A DNA stretch of 64,000 nucleotides from a virus. This document shows, piece by piece, positions 46,656-57,076 of the stretch. Under the pieces are notes generated by a model. That model had not been told where the DNA came from. It worked only from the letters and a program-made list of their open reading frames with translations, and did no database searches. Numbering within the stretch: position 1 is the first letter of the stretch; every line of letters begins with the position of its first letter. Where the stretch lies: positions 1-64,000 of the IMG/VR virus record IMGVR_UViG_3300007177_000160; one strand, 5' to 3'. The position numbers and the translations under genes are program-made.

Positions 46656-47639
46656 ATGGATTTAAATCAAATAGAAACGAGGCCCACTGTCCAGGACATC
46701 TATAAGATTATTGGACAAGAAAGGATAATGGAATATTATCTAAACGTTCCCATAGTTATGGGTAGACGCTATGTTAATCCATTGCGAGCCGATTCAAATC
46801 CTGGTTGTTTCTTTAAATGGCTTCCTTCGGGTAATCTATATTTTGTAGATTATGCAACCGAACAAGTGTATTATACCTGTATAGATGTAGCTATGTTGGT
46901 TACGGGCTATAAGTATCCAGACGTTTTATATAAAATAGAGTCAGACTTTCAGCTTACCAACTTAAATCTGTCAGACAAAGCACGCCTCAAAGCCGAAACC
47001 AAAGAGACTGTTATTCCAGAAATGATTCCTGCTACAATCAAAGTTAAGTTAACTAGATTTACAGCAGAAGATTTAGCTTACTGGAAACAGTTTGGAGTTA
47101 GTCCAAGCATCCTTAGATTCTATGACGTAAGACGTGTAGATAAAGCTTGGATTAATGACGATTTATGGTACGTCAACAACAACGACGATCCCTGTTACAG
47201 ATATAAGGAGAAAGATAAATTCAAATTATATCGTCCCTTAGTTCGTAAAAAACAATTAAAGTTTAGAACTAACTTCTTCGGAGGTATTTTGGAAGGCTAC
47301 ACACAACTTCCGCATAGAGGACAGTTACTTATTATTACCAAAGGCTTGAAAGACGTAATGACTTTACACGGCTTAGGTTATAATGCAGTAGCGGTTAGGG
47401 GTGAGACTACTCCTATTTCCGAAAATGCCTACGAATTACTTAAAAACAGGTTCGATCAATTAGTGCTATGGTTTGACCCTGACCAGGCGGGCATCACGGG
47501 TGCAAGAAAAATGAGCGAGAAATATAACATCCCATTTTTCCAGTATGACGGTGCCTATGGTAAAGACCCTAGCGACATTTACAGAGATCATGGTCCAGAA
47601 AAAGTATTAGAACTATGCAAACAATTAAAGAATTTGTGA
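46656..47639 (+). CDS. DNA primase (TOPRIM)
   Basis: NPLRADSNP, YWKQFG, LIITKGLKDVM, FDPDQAG, KDPSD. Confidence 0.9.
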   Translation: MDLNQIETRPTVQDIYKIIGQERIMEYYLNVPIVMGRRYVNPLRADSNPGCFFKWLPSGNLYFVDYATEQVYYTCIDVAMLVTGYKYPDVLYKIESDFQLTNLNLSDKARLKAETKETVIPEMIPATIKVKLTRFTAEDLAYWKQFGVSPSILRFYDVRRVDKAWINDDLWYVNNNDDPCYRYKEKDKFKLYRPLVRKKQLKFRTNFFGGILEGYTQLPHRGQLLIITKGLKDVMTLHGLGYNAVAVRGETTPISENAYELLKNRFDQLVLWFDPDQAGITGARKMSEKYNIPFFQYDGAYGKDPSDIYRDHGPEKVLELCKQLKNL

Positions 47640-48199
47640 TTAAAGCATTTTTGTTAGTAAATCCTAACTTAAAGAAAGAACCTTTAGTTATAGAAAAGAT
47701 GTACAAAAAATACATCAAAGAAAATAAACTAGAGCCGAGATCTCTAACAAGAACTTTACCTACAGGAAAATCAATTAAAGTTATAAAACCAAAACAACCA
47801 TTAATCCTACATAGTTGGTCTCCAGAAGAATTACTTATTATGAGTGTATTAGTTAGAGTACACAAAGTAGAATTAAATGATGTGTTGAGTATATCTAGAA
47901 AACGGGAGGTAGCAGATTGTAGAAAACAAGCTATGGCTTTATTTTATGTTTGCTTTGACTACTCGACTGTTCAGGTAGGAAGAATGTTTATGCGGGACCA
48001 CTCAACAGTAATTCATGCAGCAGAATCTCATATACACTTATTAGGTGTCCCTGGTAGGTATAAGAGATTATTTGAAGAAAGCATAGAAGAACTACAAAAA
48101 AGAGTACCTGAAGCATTTGTACGCACACACAAGCGGAGTACAATAGGTAGGAACACTAGATTTATTCAACTAATTAAATGGGAAGAACAACTTAGATAA
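47615..48199 (+). CDS. Protein with DnaA domain IV-like HTH
   Basis: SRKREVADCRKQAM...STVQVGRMFMRDHSTVIHA. Confidence 0.8.
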   Translation: MQTIKEFVIKAFLLVNPNLKKEPLVIEKMYKKYIKENKLEPRSLTRTLPTGKSIKVIKPKQPLILHSWSPEELLIMSVLVRVHKVELNDVLSISRKREVADCRKQAMALFYVCFDYSTVQVGRMFMRDHSTVIHAAESHIHLLGVPGRYKRLFEESIEELQKRVPEAFVRTHKRSTIGRNTRFIQLIKWEEQLR

Positions 48200-49171
48200 T
48201 GGAAAAACTATTAAACATACCAGATGATTGGTATAGTAAACTCAAGCACATCGTAGAGTCAGATTATTTCAAACAACTCTCTGCTTTTATTAAACAGAGA
48301 AGATCCGTTACTGCTGTATTTCCACACAGCAACGAAGTATTTAGAGCATTTAATGAAACTCCATTTGGGAAGATACGCTGCGTCATTATTGGTATGGATT
48401 AAAGAAATTTGCGTATAAATTAATACCTTACGCAAATAGGGTCCATGTAAAACGGGGAGAATTGCTGGAACATCCTAACAAGGACAATCAGCAGCCGAGC
48501 TTAGACAGTAATGTCTTTGAAGGTTCAACGACTAACAACCGAGTCCTACCAGATAATACTGAGGACAGTAATGTTGACACGAGCACCCTGCACTAATTTA
48601 ATTAGTGATGATATAGTCTGAACTATATAGTAATATATAGAAGTGTATGATAAAGAACTTACACGATAACACAATGCCATACCCAACCCTTTACAATGGA
48701 CAACCAGTAGCTTGTGGGCTAGCATTTGCACCTAGATACAAAGAATTTGTACCTCCGTCTCTTAGAATGATTTATAAAAACCTCAAGGACGGTTTATACA
48801 AAAACGATTTAGATTGCCCAGAAACTCTAGATTTTACTAGTTGGGCACAACAAGGTGTATTCTTACTTAATGCAGCTCTTACAGTAGAGCATACTAGAGC
48901 AGGTTCACACCTAAAACAATGGGCTCCATTTACAGAAGCAGTAATTAAAGCTATCTCAGATAATTCATCTGGAGTTATCTTTTGTTTCTGGGGTAAAGAT
49001 GCTCAACAATACAGACAATTTGTAAACCATAGTGCACATTACGTTCTACTGGCACCGCATCCTGTATCAGCTGTATACAAAGGTGGTACGTGGGACTGTC
49101 ACCACTTTGAAGAAGTCAACGAGATATTAAAAAGAAATAATGGAGAAACAATCCAATGGCTGAGTTCCTAG
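48199..49171 (+). CDS. ung: Uracil-DNA glycosylase, split: exon 1 48199-48399, exon 2 48677-49171 (231 aa spliced)
   Basis: Splicing restores VIIGMD|PYP; also GLAF, PPSLR, WAQQGVFLLN.ALTV, SH...W, FWG..A, HP.S. Confidence 0.92.
48400..48676 (+). mobile_element. Group I intron (277 nt, no ORF) in ung
   Basis: 5' exon ends in U and pairs with the IGS (ATGGAT/GTCCAT, U-G pair); P AATTGCTGGAA, Q AATCAGCAG, R TTCAACGACTAA, S GATATAGTCT; terminal omega-G at 48676. Confidence 0.93.
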
Positions 49172-49410
49172 ATAACAACGACAACATCATCAAAGAAGAA
49201 TTGATGACCTACTATCATTTCAGAGCTAACTTACTAAAGCACATCAACGATAGAATAGATGAGCTAAATCCTTCTAACGGCACTGAATATGACTACTGCA
49301 CTACACAAGGGCAGTTAAAAGAATTAAATTCCTTATTAGACTTTGTAAAGTCACAAGGTAGAAATACCGTAATCAGTAAAATCACAGAATCAACAAATAA
49401 AACCAACTAA
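49156..49410 (+). CDS. Hypothetical protein
   Basis: 84-aa ORF. Confidence 0.7.
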   Translation: MAEFLDNNDNIIKEELMTYYHFRANLLKHINDRIDELNPSNGTEYDYCTTQGQLKELNSLLDFVKSQGRNTVISKITESTNKTN

Positions 49411-49412
49411 TT

Positions 49413-50285
49413 ATGTCAGTACAACAAATTTTAACCCAAGCAAAAGCAGATTGGACAGTAACTAAACATCCTTTATTAGGTCCAGAAGGACAAATCACTC
49501 CAGGTTATGGTATCTTTAGAGACGATACCAAAGAGTGTCTAGGTGTAGTAGGTAGTAAGTATACTCCTACACAGAACTCTCACATGGCAGAAATCCTTAT
49601 GGAAGCAGCTGGACGTAACAACGTAAAGATTGAGCGTGCAGGTATGCTAGGTCATGGCCACAAAGTATATTTCCAGATTAGTCTACCCGATGTAAGAATT
49701 GGTGGCTCAGACTCTAAACGTTTCCTCACGGCTTTAAACAGCCACGATGGTAGTGCGCCTATCGGTTTTGGTGCAACTAACGTAGTAGTAGTTTGCGCTA
49801 ATACTTATTTTGCAGCAATGCGTGACATGACTAGAATTAAGCACACCGCTAACTCTAACATTCGTTTGCAAGAGATTATGCAAAAGATGAAGAGTTCTCT
49901 AGACCAAGAGGAGCGTATGATTGAGCGTATGATTGAGATGAGTAATACTACTATCTCTAAAGATGCTATCACAGACGACTTCTTGATTTCTATCATAGGT
50001 GGAGATGATGAGACTTCTCGCACAAAGAATCGCTTGGCTATGGTTAGATCAGCTTTAGTACCTGAGTTTACTAACCACGGAGAAACAGCGTATGCTATGT
50101 TTAACGCCATCACTCGCTATACTAACCACATGATTTCTTACAAAGATGTTGAAGCTAAGAGAAACGCTTTGATGAGTGGTGTAGGCTTTAGAACAAACCA
50201 GAAAGCATTTGATATTATCGAAGAGACTTTCTTGGCTCCTCCTAAGACCTACCATCTTGTAGGTGTAGAAGAGGTTAACATTTAA
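49413..50285 (+). CDS. DUF932 family protein
   Basis: DWTV, RDDT...LGVVG..Y...QN, NSHDGS, VVCANT, IKHT, NAITRY..H. Confidence 0.88.
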   Translation: MSVQQILTQAKADWTVTKHPLLGPEGQITPGYGIFRDDTKECLGVVGSKYTPTQNSHMAEILMEAAGRNNVKIERAGMLGHGHKVYFQISLPDVRIGGSDSKRFLTALNSHDGSAPIGFGATNVVVVCANTYFAAMRDMTRIKHTANSNIRLQEIMQKMKSSLDQEERMIERMIEMSNTTISKDAITDDFLISIIGGDDETSRTKNRLAMVRSALVPEFTNHGETAYAMFNAITRYTNHMISYKDVEAKRNALMSGVGFRTNQKAFDIIEETFLAPPKTYHLVGVEEVNI

Positions 50286-50353
50286 AGTTAATTTATAAAA
50301 TGTGGAAGCTCAGTTAATTCTGGGCTTTCACTTTTTAAGTTAATTATTTATAT

Positions 50354-51004
50354 TTGCTTATGTTCAAACGCAACCCCAAAAAGGTTCCTGTAAAAGGAGA
50401 GCCTGAAAAGAAAGTCATTGAAACAATCTGTAATGACTGTGGTCGGAAACGGCCATACGCAAACAAGACTAAGAAATTATGTAGTGTGTGCGTTCAGAAA
50501 CAAGCAAAAGAGAAAGCCAAACTCAAAAGAGAAGCAGTCCGTAAAAAGAAAGCAGACACTATTACACAAGCTAAGTTAGACCAAATGACTTCTTGGTTAA
50601 TCAGAGCTGCCTTTGAAGAAAAATGCCATGCATGTGGGGTTCAGATGCCTAGAAAGCAATTACAATGCTGTCACTTCGTTAGTCGCACAAAGTCAATGAC
50701 ACGATATGATTTACGCAATATGCTTCCTGGTTGTCCTACCTGCAACATGTACACTCCTCACCACGTATGGAACTTAGGTAAGTCCATCAACAAGATATGG
50801 GGTAACGACATGACTGAAACTCTTTTGGACATTTCTACTACTAGCCTTAAACTAAACAACAACGATCGTAGGCAAATCTATGATATCTTTAAGGATGCTT
50901 TGGAAAGAATCGAATCAGGCAATTATAATTTAAGTGAGAAGCAGGTAATACTAACCATCTGCTACAATGAATATTCTGTGATAGTAGATAAAATTATAAA
51001 GTAA
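50354..51004 (+). CDS. NinG/Rap-like endonuclease
   Basis: C.ACG...QCCHFVSR....RYDLRN...C..CN. Confidence 0.8.
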   Translation: MLMFKRNPKKVPVKGEPEKKVIETICNDCGRKRPYANKTKKLCSVCVQKQAKEKAKLKREAVRKKKADTITQAKLDQMTSWLIRAAFEEKCHACGVQMPRKQLQCCHFVSRTKSMTRYDLRNMLPGCPTCNMYTPHHVWNLGKSINKIWGNDMTETLLDISTTSLKLNNNDRRQIYDIFKDALERIESGNYNLSEKQVILTICYNEYSVIVDKIIK

Positions 51005-51008
51005 CAAG

Positions 51009-53009
51009 ATGATAGGATTTGTTTCAACAAGTAAAGAAAACATAGCTGCCATTCAAGGTAAGCACCCTGAGATTATCTGTTGTGGAGTTAATCACGCACT
51101 TGAATATCTGGATAAACTAGATTGGATAGGTTATGACTCCGAGACTTTGGGATTAGATCCTTATACTTCGGACATAATTACTATTCAGTTAGGCGACGCT
51201 AAACATCAATTTGTAATTGACGTTACCAGCGTAGATATCCAGTACTTTAAAGAGCTACTAGAGACCAAGCCTATTATTGGTCATAACTTGAAGTTCGACT
51301 TACGTTTCTTATACCACGAAAGAATCATACCCTCTAAAGTATACGATACGTTCTTAGCCGAGAAAACAACCCGCTTAGGTATAAACTCGCATCGTTCTAG
51401 TTTAGCAGATACCGTGTATAGACACTTAGGAGTTATCTTAGATAAGTCTGAGCGAGCAAATATCAACGGCAGGTTCACGGTTCCTTTCGTACTCTATTCT
51501 GCGCTGGATGTAGCTTACTTACATCAAATTAAAGACATTCAGCTTGGTATACTAGAGAAACAAGGATCACTAAACTCTATTGAATTAGATAACAGATTCG
51601 TAAAAGCACTTGCTTACATCGAGTACTGCGGTATTAAACTAGATGAAGGTAAGTGGCGTAGTAAGATGGCTCGAGTTAGACAAGAGCTAGAAGAAACAGA
51701 AACTGCACTAAACCAGTTTGTAATAGATAATAAAATGAGTAAGTTCATTAATTATCAGACAGACTTGTTTTCTTCCAGTTTAAAAACCACAATTAATTGG
51801 AACTCTTCAACGCAAGTAGTCCAGTTCTATAAAGCTTTAGGTGTAGATACCTCCGTAACAGAAAAGGGAGAAACTAAAGACACAATAGAAGCAGGGCACT
51901 TATCCAAATTCGTTAAGAAGTTTCCAATTATAGAAACTTATCTACGCTATAAGCAAGCACAAAAAGACTTGGGTACTTATGGCGAGAACTTTATTAAACT
52001 AATCAACCCTGTAAGCGGTAGAATTCACACTCAATACAAACAGTTAATGAACACTGGTAGGTTGTCTAGCGGAGGAAAAGATAAAGCCACAGGAACGGCT
52101 TATCCTAATCTCCAGAACATTCCTAGCGATGAAGAAACAAGAAGTTGCTTCGTAGCCGAAGAAGGTAATGTCATTATCGGGTGTGACTATTCAGGTCAGG
52201 AACAGATTGTTCTAGTAAACAAATGTCTTGATCCTAACTTACTACAGTTTTACGACCAAGGATTAGGTGACATGCACAGCTTCGTGGCCAGCAAGATGTA
52301 TCCTGAATTAGAAGGTTTAACATTAGATGAAATTAAATCTAAGCACAAGGACAAACGTCAAGCTGCAAAGTCTGCGGGTTTTGCTATTAACTACGGTGGT
52401 CAAGGTATTACCATCGCAGAAAACTTAGGTATCAGTTTAGAAGAGGGTAACAAAATTTATGAAGCTTACTTTCAGGCTTTTCCTGGACTTAAAACATATT
52501 TCGAGGAAGTCAAAAAGTTTGGTGTACAGAATGGATTTGTACTTATCTCTAAGGTAACAGGAAAGAAATCTTATGTAGATTATTACGAAGACTTCCTAGA
52601 AGCCAAGAAAGCAATTGAAACTCCAGGATTCTGGGATGACTACAAGAAACATAAAGCTCAACGCACCGTGACGTACTCGAAGATGAAAGATCAAATCTCT
52701 CGATATTACACAAAGAAAGGCGAGATTGAGCGTATGTCCCTTAACTACCCGATACAAGGCGAAAGCGCAGAGATAACCAAGTTATCCTGTGTTTATTTCT
52801 GGGAAGAGTATCTAGTACCTAATCAACTTTTATTTACAGTTAAAATTATTAATACAGTCCACGACGAGAACTTAGTGGAATGTCCAGAGTCTATCTCTGA
52901 AGAGGTAGCAAATGCACTTGAATCTGCGATGGTAAAAGCAGGTAAAGTATTTTGTAAACGGGTTCCGCTTAAAGCAGACCCCAGTATTTCTAAATATTGG
53001 AAAAAATAG
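51009..53009 (+). CDS. polA: Family A DNA polymerase with 3'-5' exonuclease
   Basis: DSETLG, GHNLKFD, YSALDV; TGRLSS, NLQNIP, DYSGQE, RQAAKSAGFAINYG, NYPIQG, VHDE. Confidence 0.95.
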   Translation: MIGFVSTSKENIAAIQGKHPEIICCGVNHALEYLDKLDWIGYDSETLGLDPYTSDIITIQLGDAKHQFVIDVTSVDIQYFKELLETKPIIGHNLKFDLRFLYHERIIPSKVYDTFLAEKTTRLGINSHRSSLADTVYRHLGVILDKSERANINGRFTVPFVLYSALDVAYLHQIKDIQLGILEKQGSLNSIELDNRFVKALAYIEYCGIKLDEGKWRSKMARVRQELEETETALNQFVIDNKMSKFINYQTDLFSSSLKTTINWNSSTQVVQFYKALGVDTSVTEKGETKDTIEAGHLSKFVKKFPIIETYLRYKQAQKDLGTYGENFIKLINPVSGRIHTQYKQLMNTGRLSSGGKDKATGTAYPNLQNIPSDEETRSCFVAEEGNVIIGCDYSGQEQIVLVNKCLDPNLLQFYDQGLGDMHSFVASKMYPELEGLTLDEIKSKHKDKRQAAKSAGFAINYGGQGITIAENLGISLEEGNKIYEAYFQAFPGLKTYFEEVKKFGVQNGFVLISKVTGKKSYVDYYEDFLEAKKAIETPGFWDDYKKHKAQRTVTYSKMKDQISRYYTKKGEIERMSLNYPIQGESAEITKLSCVYFWEEYLVPNQLLFTVKIINTVHDENLVECPESISEEVANALESAMVKAGKVFCKRVPLKADPSISKYWKK

Positions 53010-53011
53010 TT

Positions 53012-53155
53012 ATGAAAGCAGAAGAAATTGCACAATTAAAGGAACTAACTCCTGAATACTTACATGCTAGGTTAACAACACTTAATCATAAAATTCACGA
53101 ACTTAGAATGGAAGCACAACAAATTAGACTAATAATCAAAGCACTTAAAAAATAA
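53012..53155 (+). CDS. Small coiled-coil protein (47 aa), not in ORF track
   Basis: MKAEEIAQLKELTPEYLHARL...; fills the gap exactly. Confidence 0.6.
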   Translation: MKAEEIAQLKELTPEYLHARLTTLNHKIHELRMEAQQIRLIIKALKK

Positions 53156-53159
53156 AATT

Positions 53160-53711
53160 ATGGGAGCAACACAATTTATCAATAAGACAAGAGCCTACTC
53201 TATGAGAGAGGCTTACGACCAACTTGTAGAAGATGCAACTTTTGAGCACGGAAACGACAGCTACAATGGTACTATCAGTACTACTCAAGGATTTAGAGAT
53301 ATAACTTCTGAGTTCCGTAAAAGCGGATTAACTATTGACGAGTTTATTGACAAGAAAATAGAAGACGCGAGTAAATGGGGTCCTGCATTTGGCGTTTGCA
53401 TTGTAGATCCTATCCAAAACAAACTAAAAGTAAAATCTCAAGTAGAACAGGTTGTAGTTCCTGGAACTAAGAAGTGGGAACTTATGTACTTTGTTTTAGA
53501 TCCTAGAGGAAAGAAAATCGCTAGCAGTGACAACAAAACAGAAGCTGTTAAGTTGGCTCGTGCCTACACGGAAAAAACCCAAGAGAACACAACTGTTATT
53601 ATGGAGCGTGTATTGGTGTCTTGTAGTCCTGTTGTAGCAAGAATTAAATTTAAACATGATAAGAACCAAAAACCAGGTGCTTATTATTTCTTCGGTTGGG
53701 CAGCAGAATAG
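53160..53711 (+). CDS. Hypothetical protein
   Basis: MGATQF...A..E.G.D.YNGTIST...KWG...FFGWAAE phage family pattern. Confidence 0.8.
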   Translation: MGATQFINKTRAYSMREAYDQLVEDATFEHGNDSYNGTISTTQGFRDITSEFRKSGLTIDEFIDKKIEDASKWGPAFGVCIVDPIQNKLKVKSQVEQVVVPGTKKWELMYFVLDPRGKKIASSDNKTEAVKLARAYTEKTQENTTVIMERVLVSCSPVVARIKFKHDKNQKPGAYYFFGWAAE

Positions 53712-53714
53712 TTT

Positions 53715-54107
53715 GTGAGTAACAGTTCTGATTATTTTAACGGAAGTGTAACTGACAACGTAGAAAAACTATTAAGGGAAAGACCAGAAACCAGGGATGA
53801 AGACAGCAAACTAGTCGCTAATTATTATTATTACTTTCAAGCAGACCTTGTAAAGGGTAGAACTGCTGAAGAATTTTTAAAAGCACTAGGTCGAAATGAA
53901 CTGGTTTCTTCTGACCTTATTACTAGAACTCGTAGAAAGTTACAGGAACACAATCCCGACTTACGAGGTAAGGTATGGGAAGAAAGACAAGAACGGAGAG
54001 AAGCAGTTAGGCAGGAAACCAGGAACGCAGAAGAATTTAAGCGACCTAAACCTCCTAAACCTCCTAAGCCTCCACAAATTAAACCAACTAACAAAAGAAT
54101 TATTTAA
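53715..54107 (+). CDS. Hypothetical protein
   Basis: PETRDEDSKL...ITRTRRKLQE..PDLRG. Confidence 0.75.
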   Translation: MSNSSDYFNGSVTDNVEKLLRERPETRDEDSKLVANYYYYFQADLVKGRTAEEFLKALGRNELVSSDLITRTRRKLQEHNPDLRGKVWEERQERREAVRQETRNAEEFKRPKPPKPPKPPQIKPTNKRII

Positions 54108-54763
54108 TGGCAAATTATTGTTACAACTCCATCACTTTTACAGGTGACATGGAACAACTAAAAAAACTCGAAAAACGTTTACAAAAAGCCCAAGAAAATC
54201 GCCTTAAAGAAGCATACACGGACCAAGGACTTCCAATACCAACCACAGTTCCAGACGAAAATTCTCTATGGTTAAATGGTGCAAATTACCACTTTATCCT
54301 ATTTAAAAAAGCAGATAATTGGTCGGACTCTAGTGAAGATGTGTATCAGAAGTACGGAAGTAAGTGGTTTGAACCTTATTGGAGTTTTGACGAAGACACT
54401 TTACAGATGTGGGGAGACAGTGCTTGGAGCCCTATGCTGCCTTTCTTTGTAAAAATCTGTAAGTTTTATAAACTTCAAGCTTCGGGTTTTTACTCAGAGC
54501 CAGGGATGAACTTTGCAGGAGACTTTGAGATGAACGAAGCTGGAATGATGCAACACATACCCGCAACTTATAGAGCACACTTAGCAAAAAATAATCCTGA
54601 AGTTTTTTGGGAGGATATTATAGTGTGGATAAGTGACGGAGTTTATAATAGTTTAGATGCTATATTTGCTGACTTCAAGGAAGTAGATTGGGAACTAACA
54701 CCTAGTGAGATACAAACACTTGAAGAAGCATTTAAGGAGTTTAAAAACCTTCCAATTCCGTAA
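54107..54763 (+). CDS. DUF1281/Api92-like ferredoxin-fold protein
   Basis: MANYCYN, YGSKW, SAWSP, YSEPGMNFAG. Confidence 0.8.
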   Translation: MANYCYNSITFTGDMEQLKKLEKRLQKAQENRLKEAYTDQGLPIPTTVPDENSLWLNGANYHFILFKKADNWSDSSEDVYQKYGSKWFEPYWSFDEDTLQMWGDSAWSPMLPFFVKICKFYKLQASGFYSEPGMNFAGDFEMNEAGMMQHIPATYRAHLAKNNPEVFWEDIIVWISDGVYNSLDAIFADFKEVDWELTPSEIQTLEEAFKEFKNLPIP

Positions 54764-55047
54764 TGAGTTTAAGTGAAGAACAGAAATTAAAGGATATAAG
54801 AAGGGCCTATGTATTAGCACGGGCCCTTAATATCCAGTACCAGTGGATTAGAGAATTTCTTAATCCAGAACTTAAAAAGGCAGCCAATGATGCTAAGGCA
54901 GCTAACTCTTACTTTATTAAAAAGATTGACGATGCTTTTAAACGCAGATTGCGTGAAGACAAACTTATCAACGAAGAAGAAGAGTTAGCGTTTAAGCTGC
55001 TAGAAGAATTAGAAAAATTAAATACGGATAAAGATGTCAATAAATAG
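54763..55047 (+). CDS. Hypothetical protein
   Basis: 94-aa helical ORF. Confidence 0.7.
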   Translation: MSLSEEQKLKDIRRAYVLARALNIQYQWIREFLNPELKKAANDAKAANSYFIKKIDDAFKRRLREDKLINEEEELAFKLLEELEKLNTDKDVNK

Positions 55048-55504
55048 AATTTATTTGCCAGCAAAACTCAGCAAAAATATTGACGGCACTATTCATCTCA
55101 AGGTAGACAGGGAATTATTACAAGCCTACTACCTAGAGTTAATGATGGGTGATCCTGAAATTGATGTTGAGATTTGTCTAACGAGGATTGACGCAAAGAA
55201 AACTATTCCTCAGTTAGCTTATTTCTTTGGCGTAGTGCTTCCTATTATAAAAGAACAACTAGAAGAACTCGAAGGAACTACTATGACTAAAGATGATGTA
55301 ATGACTATTCTCAAAAGTCTTTTCTTGTACGAGGAGATTTTATTTGAAGGAGAGTTTAAAAAAGTACCTATGTCTTTATCTAAAGCCAAGAAGTCCGAAG
55401 TCAATAAATTTATACAAGACGTTATGGACTTTGCTAGAGATATGCTAGGAGTAGAAATACCAGAACCAACTAAAGAAATAGAATATGGAAGACAACCAAA
55501 CTAA
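55034..55504 (+). CDS. NinB-like protein
   Basis: KT..Q.AYFFGVV...LK..F...S.S.....E...FI........LG..IPEP. Confidence 0.75.
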   Translation: MSINRIYLPAKLSKNIDGTIHLKVDRELLQAYYLELMMGDPEIDVEICLTRIDAKKTIPQLAYFFGVVLPIIKEQLEELEGTTMTKDDVMTILKSLFLYEEILFEGEFKKVPMSLSKAKKSEVNKFIQDVMDFARDMLGVEIPEPTKEIEYGRQPN

Positions 55505-55949
55505 CCCACACATTGATCCAGTAGTAGACAGCTTCATGCAAGCTCTTAAACAACAAAAAGAGATGCTAGAGCACGTCGAATCTTCAAAGATTGATGCAAT
55601 CAGAGAGTCAATGAAGATTAACCAAACCGCAGAACAAGCCTTGAGATACAATCAAGGTAAACCTCAATGGTCTTTAGTAGACTTTGATTCTCTTGAAGGA
55701 CTTGTACACGTATTAGAATACGGAGCCAGAAAGTACAGTAAAGACAACTGGAAGAAAGGTATGCCTGTAACTCAAGTAAGTGAGTCTTTAATGCGTCACT
55801 TGTTTGCGTTCTTACGTGGAGACGATATAGATCCTGAGTCAGGCTGTCGTCACATCAGCCACGTTATGTGTAATGCTATGTTCCTTGAATACATTCTAAG
55901 AGATAAGCCGCACTTCGATGACAGGAAAAATAGCAATAACATTCCATAA
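55485..55949 (+). CDS. dATP/dGTP diphosphohydrolase-like (DUF5664)
   Basis: RYNQGKP.W.L......VLEYGA.KY..DNWKKG.......SLMRH......D.DPESG..H..H..CN.MFL. Confidence 0.88.
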   Translation: MEDNQTNPHIDPVVDSFMQALKQQKEMLEHVESSKIDAIRESMKINQTAEQALRYNQGKPQWSLVDFDSLEGLVHVLEYGARKYSKDNWKKGMPVTQVSESLMRHLFAFLRGDDIDPESGCRHISHVMCNAMFLEYILRDKPHFDDRKNSNNIP

Positions 55950-56095
55950 CTATTTTAGAAATAAAATAGGCCAAAGAGATACGCCCTACGTGTATTTCTA
56001 TTTTGTACCACTAGTAGCGTGGTCTAGAACAGCTAATCAATCCATCAGCTTACATATAGGATGGTTATATTTCACAATTTTAATTAGAATTAAAA

Positions 56096-57076
56096 ATGAT
56101 TACAGACGAAGAATATTTAGCAAGTAATGCTATCAGCCAAAGTAAGCTGAAGAAAATTTTGACTCACCCATCTAACTATCTAGAAGATAGTTCTGATAGT
56201 GAGTTTGACGAACCAAAAGCAAATATTATTATAGGAGATGGTGTAGATATTCTCCTAACACAGAATGAAGATGTTTTCTTTGAGCAGTTCCACATTAGTA
56301 CAGTAGAAAGACCTACAGGACAGATGGGAGACTATGTGTGGAGTTTATTTATAAACAGAAGCAATCCAGATGCAGAAGAGATTGCTTATCACGAAGCAGG
56401 ATTTAAGCGTGATACCTTTGACAAAGTAAAAGAAAGATTTAAAACTGAAGGTGCTGCGTACTTTTATGACTTACTTAACGGAGAAGACAAAACTGTAATT
56501 AGTCCACAGCAGTTTACGCAGATTCAAGTAGCTAAGGAAACTTTACTTACTCATCGATTTACTGCTAAGTATTTCCGCAATAACGAAAGATACGAGGTTA
56601 AGTATCAGGTACCAATTTATTTTAATTACGAAGGCACAGACTGTAAAGGTCTTATTGACTTAGTTATTATAGATAAAGACACAAGAACTTTGTATCCAGT
56701 AGATATTAAGACAACGGGTTACAGATTGGATTCTTGGATTGGTAATTTCTGGTCTTTGCGTTACGATATTCAAGCGGCTTTTTACAGTTATGGTTTAAAT
56801 ACTATGTTAGAAAAGTTTGGCTGCGAAAAACTAGGCAACTTCAAATTCATAGTGGTAAACCAAACCAAGCCAGAAAACCCATTAATCTTTCAGGTAAGCG
56901 ATGAAATATTAAAGTTTGGGGAAGTAGGTGGTAAAAAGATTTCAGTTGAATACGAAGGCTTTAAACAAGCAATTGCTAGAGTTAAGTGGCATACGGAAAA
57001 TGATCTTTGGGATTATCGTATGGAAGACTATTTGAATAATGGAGTTAGAACTATAAATTTGCCTACGTTAAACTAA
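56096..57076 (+). CDS. PD-(D/E)XK exonuclease (RecE/Exo VIII-like)
   Basis: ISQSKLK, KGLID, DIKTT, YDIQAAFY. Confidence 0.88.
   Translation: MITDEEYLASNAISQSKLKKILTHPSNYLEDSSDSEFDEPKANIIIGDGVDILLTQNEDVFFEQFHISTVERPTGQMGDYVWSLFINRSNPDAEEIAYHEAGFKRDTFDKVKERFKTEGAAYFYDLLNGEDKTVISPQQFTQIQVAKETLLTHRFTAKYFRNNERYEVKYQVPIYFNYEGTDCKGLIDLVIIDKDTRTLYPVDIKTTGYRLDSWIGNFWSLRYDIQAAFYSYGLNTMLEKFGCEKLGNFKFIVVNQTKPENPLIFQVSDEILKFGEVGGKKISVEYEGFKQAIARVKWHTENDLWDYRMEDYLNNGVRTINLPTLN

Noticed and set aside
48647-48676. Predicted N-terminus MIKNLHDNTM of ORF 48647-49171
   Set aside because: This is intron sequence; the true exon 2 starts at 48677.
54046-54072. CCTAAACCT repeat (PKPPKPPKPP)
   Set aside because: Simple low-complexity coding repeat.
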